From Eledone cirrhosa (taxonomy: Eukaryota), in contig OZ024743.1 of assembly GCA_964016885.1 (NCBI GenBank), positions 234,236,001 to 234,300,000 on the forward strand: DNA of 64,000 nt, given 5' to 3'. Shown piece by piece: positions 36,701 through 51,400 of this stretch (the first letter of the stretch is position 1; each line of letters opens with the position of its first letter). A model generated the notes under the pieces. It had not been told where the DNA came from. It ran no database searches and saw nothing but the letters and a program-made list of their open reading frames with translations. The position numbers were made by a program, and so were the translations under genes.

Positions 36701-39700
36701 CAAAAAATGACGATTTGCCGGCGGAGTTACCTTTTCAATCGCGGGCCGGCCGCCCGTGGTCGGATCGATCTGTAATTACTGGTACATGTGCAGACACTCA
36801 TTGGCTATGGGTGGCGTGAATTTCAGCAAGATATCTCCGTAAAATCAATAGTTGTGGCTGTGGAACCAAACCGTGTTAAACGTCAACAAAGTCCGCCGGC
36901 GAATGGTGTGCTTCGAAGAAAACGAATCCAAAAATGACGATTTGCCGGCGGAGTTACCTTTTCAATCGCGGGCCGGCCGCCCGTGGTCGGATCGATCTGT
37001 AATTACTGGTACATGTGCAGACACTCATTGGCTATGTGTGGCGTGAATTTCAGCAAGATATCTCCGTAAAATCAATAGTTGTGGTTGTGGAACCAAACCG
37101 TGTTAAACGTCAGCAAAGTCCGCCGGCGAATGGTGTGCTTCGAAGAAAACGAATCCAAAAATGACGATTTGCCGGCGGAGTTACCTTTTCAATCGCGGGC
37201 CGGCCGCCCGTGGTCGGATCGATCTGTAATTACTGGTACATGTGCAGACACTCATTGGCTATGGGTGGCGTGAATTTCAGCAAGATATCTCCGTAAAATC
37301 AATAGTTGTGGCTGTGGAACCAAACCGTGTTAAACGTCAACAAAGTCCGCCGGCGAATGGTGTGCTTCGAAGAAAACGAATCCAAAAATGACGATTTGCC
37401 GGCGGAGTTACCTTTTCAATCGCGGGCCGGCCGCCCGTGGTCGGATCGATCTGTAATTACTGGTACATGTGCAGACACTCATTGGCTATGTGTGGCGTGA
37501 ATTTCAGCAAGATATCTCCGTAAAATCAATAGTTGTGGCTGTGGAACCAAACCGTGTTAAACGTCAGCAAAGTCCGCCGGCAAATGGTGTGCTTCGAAGA
37601 AAACGAATCCAAAAATGACGATTTGCCGGCGGAGTTACCTTTTCAATCGCGGGCCGGCCGCCCGTGGTCGGATCGATCTGTAATTACTGGTACATGTGCA
37701 GACACTCATTGGCTATGTGTGGCGTGAATTTCAGCAAGATATCTCCGTAAAATCAATAGTTGTGGCTGTGGAACCAAACCGTGTTAAACGTCAGCAAAGT
37801 CCGCCGGCGAATGGTGTGCTTCGAAGAAAACGAATCCAAAAATGACGATTTGCCGGCGGAGTTACCTTTTCAATCGCGGGCCGGCCGCCCGTGGTCGGAT
37901 CGATCTGTAATTACTGGTAGATGTGCAGACACTCATTGGCTATGGGTGGCGTGAATTTCAGCAAGATATCTCCGTAAAATCAATAGTTGTGGCTGTGGAA
38001 CCAAACCGTGTTAAACGTCAGCAAAGTCCGCCGGCGAATGGTGTGCTTCGAAGAAAACGAATCCAAAAATGACGATTTGCCGGCGGAGTTACCTTTTCAA
38101 TCGCGGGCCGGCCGCCCGTGGTCGGATCGATCTGTAATTACTGGTACATGTGCAGACACTCATTGGCTATGGGTGGCGTGAATTTCAGCAAGATATCTCC
38201 GTAAAATCAATAGTTGTGGCTGTGGAACCAAACCGTGTTAAACGTCAACAAAGTCCGCCGGCGAATGGTGTGCTTCGAAGAAAACGAATCCAAAAATGAC
38301 GATTTGCCGGCGGAGTTACCTTTTCAATCGCGGGCCGGCCGCCCGTGGTCGGATCGATCTGTAATTACTGGTACCTGTGCAGACACTCATTGGCTATGGG
38401 TGGCGTGAATTTCAGCAAGATATCTCCGTAAAATCAATAGTTGTGGCTGTGGAACCAAACCGTGTTAAACGTCAACAAAGTCCGCCGGCGAATGGTGTGC
38501 TTCGAAGAAAACGAATCCAAAAATGACGATTTGCCGGCGGAGTTACCTTTTCAATCGCGGGCCGGCCGCCCGTGGTCGGATCGATCTGTAATTACTGGTA
38601 CATGTGCAGACACTCATTGGCTATGTGTGGCGTGAATTTCAGCAAGATATCTCCGTAAAATCAATAGTTGTGGCTGTGGAACCAAACCGTGTTAAACGTC
38701 AGCAAAGTCCGCCGGCGAATGGTGTGCTTCGAAGAAAACGAATCCAAAAATGACGATTTGCCGGCGGAGTTACCTTTTCAATCGCGGGCCGGCCGCCCGT
38801 GGTCGGATCGATCTGTAATTACTGGTACATGTGCAGACACTCATTGGCTATGGGTGGCGTGAATTTCAGCAAGATATCTCCGTAAAATCAATAGTTGTGG
38901 CTGTGGAACCAAACCGTGTTAAACGTCAACAAAGTCCGCCGGCGAATGGTGTGCTTCGAAGAAAACGAATCCAAAAATGACGATTTGCCGGCGGAGTTAC
39001 CTTTTCAATCGCGGGCCGGCCGCCCGTGGTCGGATCGATCTGTAATTACTGGTACATGTGCAGACACTCATTGGCTATGTGTGGCGTGAATTTCAGCAAG
39101 ATATCTCCGTAAAATCAATAGTTGTGGCTGTGGAACCAAACCGTGTTAAACGTCAACAAAGTCCGCCGGCGAATGGTGTGCTTCGAAGAAAACGAATCCA
39201 AAAATGACGATTTGCCGGCGGAGTTACCTTTTCAATCGCGGGCCGGCCGCCCGTGGTCGGATCGATCTGTAATTACTGGTACCTGTGCAGACACTCATTG
39301 GCTATGGGTGGCGTGAATTTCAGCAAGATATCTCCGTAAAATCAATAGTTGTGGCTGTGGAACCAAACCGTGTTAAACGTCAACAAAGTCCGCCGGCGAA
39401 TGGTGTGCTTCGAAGAAAACGAATCCAAAAATGACGATTTGCCGGCGGAGTTACCTTTTCAATCGCGGGCCGGCCTCCCGTGGTCGGATCGATCTGTAAT
39501 TACTGGTACATGTGCAGACACTCATTGGCTATGTGTGGCGTGAATTTCAGCAAGATATCTCCGTAAAATCAATAGTTGTGGCTGTGGAACCAAACCGTGT
39601 TAAACGTCAGCAAAGTCCGCCGGCGAATGGTGTGCTTCGAAGAAAACGAATCCAAAAATGACGATTTGCCGGCGGAGTTACCTTTTCAATCGCGGCCCGG

Positions 39701-42700
39701 CCGCCCGTGGTCGGATCGATCTGTAATTACTGGTACATGTGCAGACACTCATTGGCTATGTGTGGCGTGAATTTCAGCAAGATATCTCCGTAAAATCAAT
39801 AGTTGTGGCTGTGGAACCAAACCGTGTTAAACGTCAGCAAAGTCCGCCGGCGAATGGTGTGCTTCGAAGAAAACGAATCAAAATATGACGATTTGCCGGC
39901 GGAGTTACCTTTTCAATCGCGGGCCGGCCGCCCGTGGTCGGATCGATCTGTAATTACTGGTACATGTGCAGACACTCATTGGCTATGGGTGGCGTGAATT
40001 TCAGCAAGATATCTCCGTAAAATCAATAGTTGTGGCTGTGGAACCAAACCGTGTTAAACGTCAACAAAGTCCGCCGGCGAATGGTGTGCTTCGAAGAAAA
40101 CGAATCCAAAAATGACGATTTGCCGGCGGAGTTACCTTTTCAATCGCGGGCCGGCCGCCCGTGGTCGGATCGATCTGTAATTACTGGTACATGTGCAGAC
40201 ACTCATTGGCTATGTGTGGCGTGAATTTCAGCAAGATATCTCCGTAAAATCAATAGTTGTGGTTGTGGAACCAAACCGTGTTAAACGTCAGCAAAGTCCG
40301 CCGGCGAATGGTGTGCTTCGAAGAAAACGAATCCAAAAATGACGATTTGCCGGCGGAGTTACCTTTTCAATCGCGGGCCGGCCGCCCGTGGTCGGATCGA
40401 TCTGTAATTACTGGTACATGTGCAGACACTCATTGGCTATGGGTGGCGTGAATTTCAGCAAGATATCTCCGTAAAATCAATAGTTGTGGCTGTGGAACCA
40501 AACCGTGTTAAACGTCAACAAAGTCCGCCGGCGAATGGTGTGCTTCGAAGAAAACGAATCCAAAAATGACGATTTGCCGGCGGAGTTACCTTTTCAATCG
40601 CGGGCCGGCCGCCCGTGGTCGGATCGATCTGTAATTACTGGTACATGTGCAGACACTCATTGGCTATGTGTGGCGTGAATTTCAGCAAGATATCTCCGTA
40701 AAATCAATAGTTGTGGCTGTGGAACCAAACCGTGTTAAACGTCAGCAAAGTCCGCCGGCAAATGGTGTGCTTCGAAGAAAACGAATCCAAAAATGACGAT
40801 TTGCCGGCGGAGTTACCTTTTCAATCGCGGGCCGGCCGCCCGTGGTCGGATCGATCTGTAATTACTGGTACATGTGCAGACACTCATTGGCTATGTGTGG
40901 CGTGAATTTCAGCAAGATATCTCCGTAAAATCAATAGTTGTGGCTGTGGAACCAAACCGTGTTAAACGTCAACAAAGTCCGCCGGCGAATGGTGTGCTTC
41001 GAAGAAAACGAATCCAAAAATGACGATTTGCCGGCGGAGTTACCTTTATTTATCGCGGGCCGGCCGCCCGTGGTCGGATCGATCTGTAATTACTGGTACA
41101 TGTGCAGACACTCATTGGCTATGTGTGGCGTGAATTTCAGCAAGATATCTCCGTAAAATCAATAGTTGTGGCTGTGGAACCAAACCGTGTTAAACGTCAG
41201 CAAAGTCCGCCGGCGAATGGTGTGCTTCGAAGAAAACGAATCCAAAAATGACGATTTGCCGGCGGAGTTACCTTTTCAATCGCGGGCCGGCCGCCCGTGG
41301 TCGGATCGATCTGTAATTACTGGTAGATGTGCAGACACTCATTGGCTATGGGTGGCGTGAATTTCAGCAAGATATCTCCGTAAAATCAATAGTTGTGGCT
41401 GTGGAACCAAACCGTGTTAAACGTCAGCAAAGTCCGCCGGCGAATGGTGTGCTTCGAAGAAAACGAATCCAAAAATGACGATTTGCCGGCGGAGTTACCT
41501 TTTCAATCGCGGGCCGGCCGCCCGTGGTCGGATCGATCTGTAATTACTGGTACATGTGCAGACACTCATTGGCTATGTGTGGCGTGAATTTCAGCAAGAT
41601 ATCTCCGTAAAATCAATAGTTGTGGCTGTGGAACCAAACCGTGTTAAACGTCAGCAAAGTCCGCCGGCGAATGGTGTGCTTCGAAGAAAACGAATCCAAA
41701 AATGACGATTTGCCGGCGGAGTTACCTTTTCAATCGCGGGCCGGCCGCCCGTGGTCGGATCGATCTGTAATTACTGGTACATGTGCAGACACTCATTGGC
41801 TATGTGTGGCGTGAATTTCAGCAAGATATCTCCGTAAAATCAATAGTTGTGGTTGTGGAACCAAACCGTGTTAAACGTCAGCAAAGTCCGCCGGCGAATG
41901 GTGTGCTTCGAAGAAAACGAATCCAAAAATGACGATTTGCCGGCGGAGTTACCTTTTCAATCGCGGGCCGGCCGCCCGTGGTCGGATCGATCTGTAATTA
42001 CTGGTACATGTGCAGACACTCATTGGCTATGGGTGGCGTGAATTTCAGCAAGATATCTCCGTAAAATCAATAGTTGTGGCTGTGGAACCAAACCGTGTTA
42101 AACGTCAACAAAGTCCGCCGGCGAATGGTGTGCTTCGAAGAAAACGAATCCAAAAATGACGATTTGCCGGCGGAGTTACCTTTTCAATCGCGGGCCGGCC
42201 GCCCGTGGTCGGATCGATCTGTAATTACTGGTACATGTGCAGACACTCATTGGCTATGTGTGGCGTGAATTTCAGCAAGATATCTCCGTAAAATCAATAG
42301 TTGTGGCTGTGGAACCAAACCGTGTTAAACGTCAGCAAAGTCCGCCGGCAAATGGTGTGCTTCGAAGAAAACGAATCCAAAAATGACGATTTGCCGGCGG
42401 AGTTACCTTTTCAATCGCGGGCCGGCCGCCCGTGGTCGGATCGATCTGTAATTACTGGTACATGTGCAGACACTCATTGGCTATGTGTGGCGTGAATTTC
42501 AGCAAGATATCTCCGTAAAATCAATAGTTGTGGCTGTGGAACCAAACCGTGTTAAACGTCAACAAAGTCCGCCGGCGAATGGTGTGCTTCGAAGAAAACG
42601 AATCCAAAAATGACGATTTGCCGGCGGAGTTACCTTTATTTATCGCGGGCCGGCCGCCCGTGGTCGGATCGATCTGTAATTACTGGTACATGTGCAGACA

Positions 42701-44345
42701 CTCATTGGCTATGTGTGGCGTGAATTTCAGCAAGATATCTCCGTAAAATCAATAGTTGTGGCTGTGGAACCAAACCGTGTTAAACGTCAGCAAAGTCCGC
42801 CGGCGAATGGTGTGCTTCGAAGAAAACGAATCAAAATATGACGATTTGCCGGCGGAGTTACCTTTTCAATCGCGGGCCGGCCGCCCGTGGTCGGATCGAT
42901 CTGTAATTACTGGTACATGTGCAGACACTCATTGGCTATGGGTGGCGTGAATTTCAGCAAGATATCTCCGTAAAATCAATAGTTGTGGCTGTGGAACCAA
43001 ACCGTGTTAAACGTCAACAAAGTCCGCCGGCGAATGGTGTGCTTCGAAGAAAACGAATCCAAAAATGACGATTTGCCGGCGGAGTTACCTTTTCAATCGC
43101 GGGCCGGCCGCCCGTGGTCGGATCGATCTGTAATTACTGGTACATGTGCAGACACTCATTGGCTATGGGTGGCGTGAATTTCAGCAAGATATCTCCGTAA
43201 AATCAATAGTTGTGGCTGTGGAACCAAACCGTGTTAAACGTCAACAAAGTCCGCCGGCGAATGGTGTGCTTCGAAGAAAACGAATCCAAAAATGACGATT
43301 TGCCGGCGGAGTTACCTTTTCAATCGCGGGCCGGCCGCCCGTGGTCGGATCGATCTGTAATTACTGGTACATGTGCAGACACTCATTGGCTATGTGTGGC
43401 GTGAATTTCAGCAAGATATCTCCGTAAAATCAATAGTTGTGGCTGTGGAACCAAACCGTGTTAAACGTCAGCAAAGTCCGCCGGCAAATGGTGTGCTTCG
43501 AAGAAAACGAATCCAAAAATGACGATTTGCCGGCGGAGTTACCTTTTCAATCGCGGGCCGGCCGCCCGTGGTCGGATCGATCTGTAATTACTGGTACATG
43601 TGCAGACACTCATTGGCTATGTGTGGCGTGAATTTCAGCAAGATATCTCCGTAAAATCAATAGTTGTGGCTGTGGAACCAAACCGTGTTAAACGTCAACA
43701 AAGTCCGCCGGCGAATGGTGTGCTTCGAAGAAAACGAATCCAAAAATGACGATTTGCCGGCGGAGTTACCTTTATTTATCGCGGGCCGGCCGCCCGTGGT
43801 CGGATCGATCTGTAATTACTGGTACATGTGCAGACACTCATTGGCTATGTGTGGCGTGAATTTCAGCAAGATATCTCCGTAAAATCAATAGTTGTGGCTG
43901 TGGAACCAAACCGTGTTAAACGTCAGCAAAGTCCGCCGGCGAATGGTGTGCTTCGAAGAAAACGAATCAAAATATGACGATTTGCCGGCGGAGTTACCTT
44001 TTCAATCGCGGGCCGGCCGCCCGTGGTCGGATCGATCTGTAATTACTGGTACATGTGCAGACACTCATTGGCTATGGGTGGCGTGAATTTCAGCAAGATA
44101 TCTCCGTAAAATCAATAGTTGTGGCTGTGGAACCAAACCGTGTTAAACGTCAACAAAGTCCGCCGGCGAATGGTGTGCTTCGAAGAAAACGAATCCAAAA
44201 ATGACGATTTGCCGGCGGAGTTACCTTTTCAATCGCGGGCCGGCCGCCCGTGGTCGGATCGATCTGTAATTACTGGTACATGTGCAGACACTCATTGGCT
44301 ATGTGTGGCGTGAATTTCAGCAAGATATCTCCGTAAAATCAATAG

Positions 44346-47300
44346 TTGTGGTTGTGGAACCAAACCGTGTTAAACGTCAGCAAAGTCCGCCGGCGAATGG
44401 TGTGCTTCGAAGAAAACGAATCCAAAAATGACGATTTGCCGGCGGAGTTACCTTTTCAATCGCGGGCCGGCCGCCCGTGGTCGGATCGATCTGTAATTAC
44501 TGGTACATGTGCAGACACTCATTGGCTATGGGTGGCGTGAATTTCAGCAAGATATCTCCGTAAAATCAATAGTTGTGGCTGTGGAACCAAACCGTGTTAA
44601 ACGTCAACAAAGTCCGCCGGCGAATGGTGTGCTTCGAAGAAAACGAATCCAAAAATGACGATTTGCCGGCGGAGTTACCTTTTCAATCGCGGGCCGGCCG
44701 CCCGTGGTCGGATCGATCTGTAATTACTGGTACATGTGCAGACACTCATTGGCTATGTGTGGCGTGAATTTCAGCAAGATATCTCCGTAAAATCAATAGT
44801 TGTGGCTGTGGAACCAAACCGTGTTAAACGTCAGCAAAGTCCGCCGGCAAATGGTGTGCTTCGAAGAAAACGAATCCAAAAATGACGATTTGCCGGCGGA
44901 GTTACCTTTTCAATCGCGGGCCGGCCGCCCGTGGTCGGATCGATCTGTAATTACTGGTACATGTGCAGACACTCATTGGCTATGTGTGGCGTGAATTTCA
45001 GCAAGATATCTCCGTAAAATCAATAGTTGTGGCTGTGGAACCAAACCGTGTTAAACGTCAACAAAGTCCGCCGGCGAATGGTGTGCTTCGAAGAAAACGA
45101 ATCCAAAAATGACGATTTGCCGGCGGAGTTACCTTTATTTATCGCGGGCCGGCCGCCCGTGGTCGGATCGATCTGTAATTACTGGTACATGTGCAGACAC
45201 TCATTGGCTATGTGTGGCGTGAATTTCAGCAAGATATCTCCGTAAAATCAATAGTTGTGGCTGTGGAACCAAACCGTGTTAAACGTCAGCAAAGTCCGCC
45301 GGCGAATGGTGTGCTTCGAAGAAAACGAATCCAAAAATGACGATTTGCCGGCGGAGTTACCTTTTCAATCGCGGGCCGGCCGCCCGTGGTCGGATCGATC
45401 TGTAATTACTGGTAGATGTGCAGACACTCATTGGCTATGGGTGGCGTGAATTTCAGCAAGATATCTCCGTAAAATCAATAGTTGTGGCTGTGGAACCAAA
45501 CCGTGTTAAACGTCAGCAAAGTCCGCCGGCGAATGGTGTGCTTCGAAGAAAACGAATCCAAAAATGACGATTTGCCGGCGGAGTTACCTTTTCAATCGCG
45601 GCCCGGCCGCCCGTGGTCGGATCGATCTGTAATTACTGGTACATGTGCAGACACTCATTGGCTATGTGTGGCGTGAATTTCAGCAAGATATCTCCGTAAA
45701 ATCAATAGTTGTGGCTGTGGAACCAAACCGTGTTAAACGTCAGCAAAGTCCGCCGGCGAATGGTGTGCTTCGAAGAAAACGAATCCAAAAATGACGATTT
45801 GCCGGCGGAGTTACCTTTTCAATCGCGGCCCGGCCGCCCGTGGTCGGATCGATCTGTAATTACTGGTACATGTGCAGACACTCATTGGCTATGTGTGGCG
45901 TGAATTTCAGCAAGATATCTCCGTAAAATCAATAGTTGTGGCTGTGGAACCAAACCGTGTTAAACGTCAACAAAGTCCGCCGGCGAATGGTGTGCTTCGA
46001 AGAAAACGAATCCAAAAATGACGATTTGCCGGCGGAGTTACCTTTTCAATCGCGGGCCGGCCGCCCGTGGTCGGATCGATCTGTAATTACTGGTACATGT
46101 GCAGACACTCATTGGCTATGTGTGGCGTGAATTTCAGCAAGATATCTCCGTAAAATCAATAGTTGTGGCTGTGGAACCAAACCGTGTTAAACGTCAGCAA
46201 AGTCCGCCGGCGAATGGTGTGCTTCGAAGAAAACGAATCCAAAAATGACGATTTGCCGGCGGAGTTACCTTTTCAATCGCGGGCCGGCCGCCCGTGGTCG
46301 GATCGATCTGTAATTACTGGTACATGTGCAGACACTCATTGGCTATGTGTGGCGTGAATTTCAGCAAGATATCTCCGTAAAATCAATAGTTGTGGTTGTG
46401 GAACCAAACCGTGTTAAACGTCAGCAAAGTCCGCCGGCGAATGGTGTGCTTCGAAGAAAACGAATCCAAAAATGACGATTTGCCGGCGGAGTTACCTTTT
46501 CAATCGCGGGCCGGCCGCCCGTGGTCGGATCGATCTGTAATTACTGGTACATGTGCAGACACTCATTGGCTATGGGTGGCGTGAATTTCAGCAAGATATC
46601 TCCGTAAAATCAATAGTTGTGGCTGTGGAACCAAACCGTGTTAAACGTCAACAAAGTCCGCCGGCGAATGGTGTGCTTCGAAGAAAACGAATCCAAAAAT
46701 GACGATTTGCCGGCGGAGTTACCTTTTCAATCGCGGGCCGGCCGCCCGTGGTCGGATCGATCTGTAATTACTGGTACATGTGCAGACACTCATTGGCTAT
46801 GTGTGGCGTGAATTTCAGCAAGATATCTCCGTAAAATCAATAGTTGTGGCTGTGGAACCAAACCGTGTTAAACGTCAGCAAAGTCCGCCGGCAAATGGTG
46901 TGCTTCGAAGAAAACGAATCCAAAAATGACGATTTGCCGGCGGAGTTACCTTTTCAATCGCGGGCCGGCCGCCCGTGGTCGGATCGATCTGTAATTACTG
47001 GTACATGTGCAGACACTCATTGGCTATGTGTGGCGTGAATTTCAGCAAGATATCTCCGTAAAATCAATAGTTGTGGCTGTGGAACCAAACCGTGTTAAAC
47101 GTCAACAAAGTCCGCCGGCGAATGGTGTGCTTCGAAGAAAACGAATCCAAAAATGACGATTTGCCGGCGGAGTTACCTTTATTTATCGCGGGCCGGCCGC
47201 CCGTGGTCGGATCGATCTGTAATTACTGGTACATGTGCAGACACTCATTGGCTATGTGTGGCGTGAATTTCAGCAAGATATCTCCGTAAAATCAATAGTT

Positions 47301-48433
47301 GTGGCTGTGGAACCAAACCGTGTTAAACGTCAGCAAAGTCCGCCGGCGAATGGTGTGCTTCGAAGAAAACGAATCCAAAAATGACGATTTGCCGGCGGAG
47401 TTACCTTTTCAATCGCGGGCCGGCCGCCCGTGGTCGGATCGATCTGTAATTACTGGTAGATGTGCAGACACTCATTGGCTATGGGTGGCGTGAATTTCAG
47501 CAAGATATCTCCGTAAAATCAATAGTTGTGGCTGTGGAACCAAACCGTGTTAAACGTCAGCAAAGTCCGCCGGCGAATGGTGTGCTTCGAAGAAAACGAA
47601 TCCAAAAATGACGATTTGCCGGCGGAGTTACCTTTTCAATCGCGGCCCGGCCGCCCGTGGTCGGATCGATCTGTAATTACTGGTACATGTGCAGACACTC
47701 ATTGGCTATGTGTGGCGTGAATTTCAGCAAGATATCTCCGTAAAATCAATAGTTGTGGCTGTGGAACCAAACCGTGTTAAACGTCAGCAAAGTCCGCCGG
47801 CGAATGGTGTGCTTCGAAGAAAACGAATCCAAAAATGACGATTTGCCGGCGGAGTTACCTTTTCAATCGCGGCCCGGCCGCCCGTGGTCGGATCGATCTG
47901 TAATTACTGGTACATGTGCAGACACTCATTGGCTATGTGTGGCGTGAATTTCAGCAAGATATCTCCGTAAAATCAATAGTTGTGGCTGTGGAACCAAACC
48001 GTGTTAAACGTCAACAAAGTCCGCCGGCGAATGGTGTGCTTCGAAGAAAACGAATCCAAAAATGACGATTTGCCGGCGGAGTTACCTTTTCAATCGCGGG
48101 CCGGCCGCCCGTGGTCGGATCGATCTGTAATTACTGGTACATGTGCAGACACTCATTGGCTATGTGTGGCGTGAATTTCAGCAAGATATCTCCGTAAAAT
48201 CAATAGTTGTGGCTGTGGAACCAAACCGTGTTAAACGTCAGCAAAGTCCGCCGGCGAATGGTGTGCTTCGAAGAAAACGAATCCAAAAATGACGATTTGC
48301 CGGCGGAGTTACCTTTTCAATCGCGGGCCGGCCGCCCGTGGTCGGATCGATCTGTAATTACTGGTACATGTGCAGACACTCATTGGCTATGTGTGGCGTG
48401 AATTTCAGCAAGATATCTCCGTAAAATCAATAG
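44346..48433. repeat. Tandem duplication of a 9-monomer block (2044 bp)
   Basis: The order GTT-B-Q-228bp-C-P-P-B-(S/T/C) occurs at 44346 and again at 46390. Confidence 0.88.
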
Positions 48434-51400
48434 TTGTGGCTGTGGAACCAAACCGTGTTAAACGTCAGCAAAGTCCGCCGGCAAATGGTGTGCTTCGAAG
48501 AAAACGAATCCAAAAATGACGATTTGCCGGCGGAGTTACCTTTTCAATCGCGGGCCGGCCGCCCGTGGTCGGATCGATCTGTAATTACTGGTACATGTGC
48601 AGACACTCATTGGCTATGGGTGGCGTGAATTTCAGCAAGATATCTCCGTAAAATCAATAGTTGTGGCTGTGGAACCAAACCGTGTTAAACGTCAACAAAG
48701 TCCGCCGGCGAATGGTGTGCTTCGAAGAAAACGAATCCAAAAATGACGATTTGCCGGCGGAGTTACCTTTTCAATCGCGGGCCGGCCGCCCGTGGTCGGA
48801 TCGATCTGTAATTACTGGTACCTGTGCAGACACTCATTGGCTATGGGTGGCGTGAATTTCAGCAAGATATCTCCGTAAAATCAATAGTTGTGGCTGTGGA
48901 ACCAAACCGTGTTAAACGTCAACAAAGTCCGCCGGCGAATGGTGTGCTTCGAAGAAAACGAATCCAAAAATGACGATTTGCCGGCGGAGTTACCTTTTCA
49001 ATCGCGGGCCGGCCGCCCGTGGTCGGATCGATCTGTAATTACTGGTACATGTGCAGACACTCATTGGCTATGGGTGGCGTGAATTTCAGCAAGATATCTC
49101 CGTAAAATCAATAGTTGTGGCTGTGGAACCAAACCGTGTTAAACGTCAACAAAGTCCGCCGGCGAATGGTGTGCTTCGAAGAAAACGAATCCAAAAATGA
49201 CGATTTGCCGGCGGAGTTACCTTTTCAATCGCGGGCCGGCCGCCCGTGGTCGGATCGATCTGTAATTACTGGTACATGTGCAGACACTCATTGGCTATGT
49301 GTGGCGTGAATTTCAGCAAGATATCTCCGTAAAATCAATAGTTGTGGCTGTGGAACCAAACCGTGTTAAACGTCAACAAAGTCCGCCGGCGAATGGTGTG
49401 CTTCGAAGAAAACGAATCCAAAAATGACGATTTGCCGGCGGAGTTACCTTTTCAATCGCGGGCCGGCCGCCCGTGGTCGGATCGATCTGTAATTACTGGT
49501 ACCTGTGCAGACACTCATTGGCTATGGGTGGCGTGAATTTCAGCAAGATATCTCCGTAAAATCAATAGTTGTGGCTGTGGAACCAAACCGTGTTAAACGT
49601 CAACAAAGTCCGCCGGCGAATGGTGTGCTTCGAAGAAAACGAATCCAAAAATGACGATTTGCCGGCGGAGTTACCTTTTCAATCGCGGGCCGGCCGCCCG
49701 TGGTCGGATCGATCTGTAATTACTGGTACATGTGCAGACACTCATTGGCTATGTGTGGCGTGAATTTCAGCAAGATATCTCCGTAAAATCAATAGTTGTG
49801 GCTGTGGAACCAAACCGTGTTAAACGTCAGCAAAGTCCGCCGGCGAATGGTGTGCTTCGAAGAAAACGAATCCAAAAATGACGATTTGCCGGCGGAGTTA
49901 CCTTTTCAATCGCGGCCCGGCCGCCCGTGGTCGGATCGATCTGTAATTACTGGTACATGTGCAGACACTCATTGGCTATGTGTGGCGTGAATTTCAGCAA
50001 GATATCTCCGTAAAATCAATAGTTGTGGCTGTGGAACCAAACCGTGTTAAACGTCAGCAAAGTCCGCCGGCGAATGGTGTGCTTCGAAGAAAACGAATCC
50101 AAAAATGACGATTTGCCGGCGGAGTTACCTTTTCAATCGCGGCCCGGCCGCCCGTGGTCGGATCGATCTGTAATTACTGGTACATGTGCAGACACTCATT
50201 GGCTATGTGTGGCGTGAATTTCAGCAAGATATCTCCGTAAAATCAATAGTTGTGGCTGTGGAACCAAACCGTGTTAAACGTCAACAAAGTCCGCCGGCGA
50301 ATGGTGTGCTTCGAAGAAAACGAATCCAAAAATGACGATTTGCCGGCGGAGTTACCTTTTCAATCGCGGGCCGGCCGCCCGTGGTCGGATCGATCTGTAA
50401 TTACTGGTACATGTGCAGACACTCATTGGCTATGTGTGGCGTGAATTTCAGCAAGATATCTCCGTAAAATCAATAGTTGTGGCTGTGGAACCAAACCGTG
50501 TTAAACGTCAGCAAAGTCCGCCGGCGAATGGTGTGCTTCGAAGAAAACGAATCCAAAAATGACGATTTGCCGGCGGAGTTACCTTTTCAATCGCGGGCCG
50601 GCCGCCCGTGGTCGGATCGATCTGTAATTACTGGTACATGTGCAGACACTCATTGGCTATGTGTGGCGTGAATTTCAGCAAGATATCTCCGTAAAATCAA
50701 TAGTTGTGGCTGTGGAACCAAACCGTGTTAAACGTCAGCAAAGTCCGCCGGCAAATGGTGTGCTTCGAAGAAAACGAATCCAAAAATGACGATTTGCCGG
50801 CGGAGTTACCTTTTCAATCGCGGGCCGGCCGCCCGTGGTCGGATCGATCTGTAATTACTGGTACATGTGCAGACACTCATTGGCTATGGGTGGCGTGAAT
50901 TTCAGCAAGATATCTCCGTAAAATCAATAGTTGTGGCTGTGGAACCAAACCGTGTTAAACGTCAACAAAGTCCGCCGGCGAATGGTGTGCTTCGAAGAAA
51001 ACGAATCCAAAAATGACGATTTGCCGGCGGAGTTACCTTTTCAATCGCGGGCCGGCCGCCCGTGGTCGGATCGATCTGTAATTACTGGTACCTGTGCAGA
51101 CACTCATTGGCTATGGGTGGCGTGAATTTCAGCAAGATATCTCCGTAAAATCAATAGTTGTGGCTGTGGAACCAAACCGTGTTAAACGTCAACAAAGTCC
51201 GCCGGCGAATGGTGTGCTTCGAAGAAAACGAATCCAAAAATGACGATTTGCCGGCGGAGTTACCTTTTCAATCGCGGGCCGGCCGCCCGTGGTCGGATCG
51301 ATCTGTAATTACTGGTACATGTGCAGACACTCATTGGCTATGTGTGGCGTGAATTTCAGCAAGATATCTCCGTAAAATCAATAGTTGTGGCTGTGGAACC

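Noticed and set aside
40938-41156. 72-aa ORF variants as a distinct gene or programmed frameshift
   Set aside because: They result simply from a 1-bp insertion in the satellite monomer.
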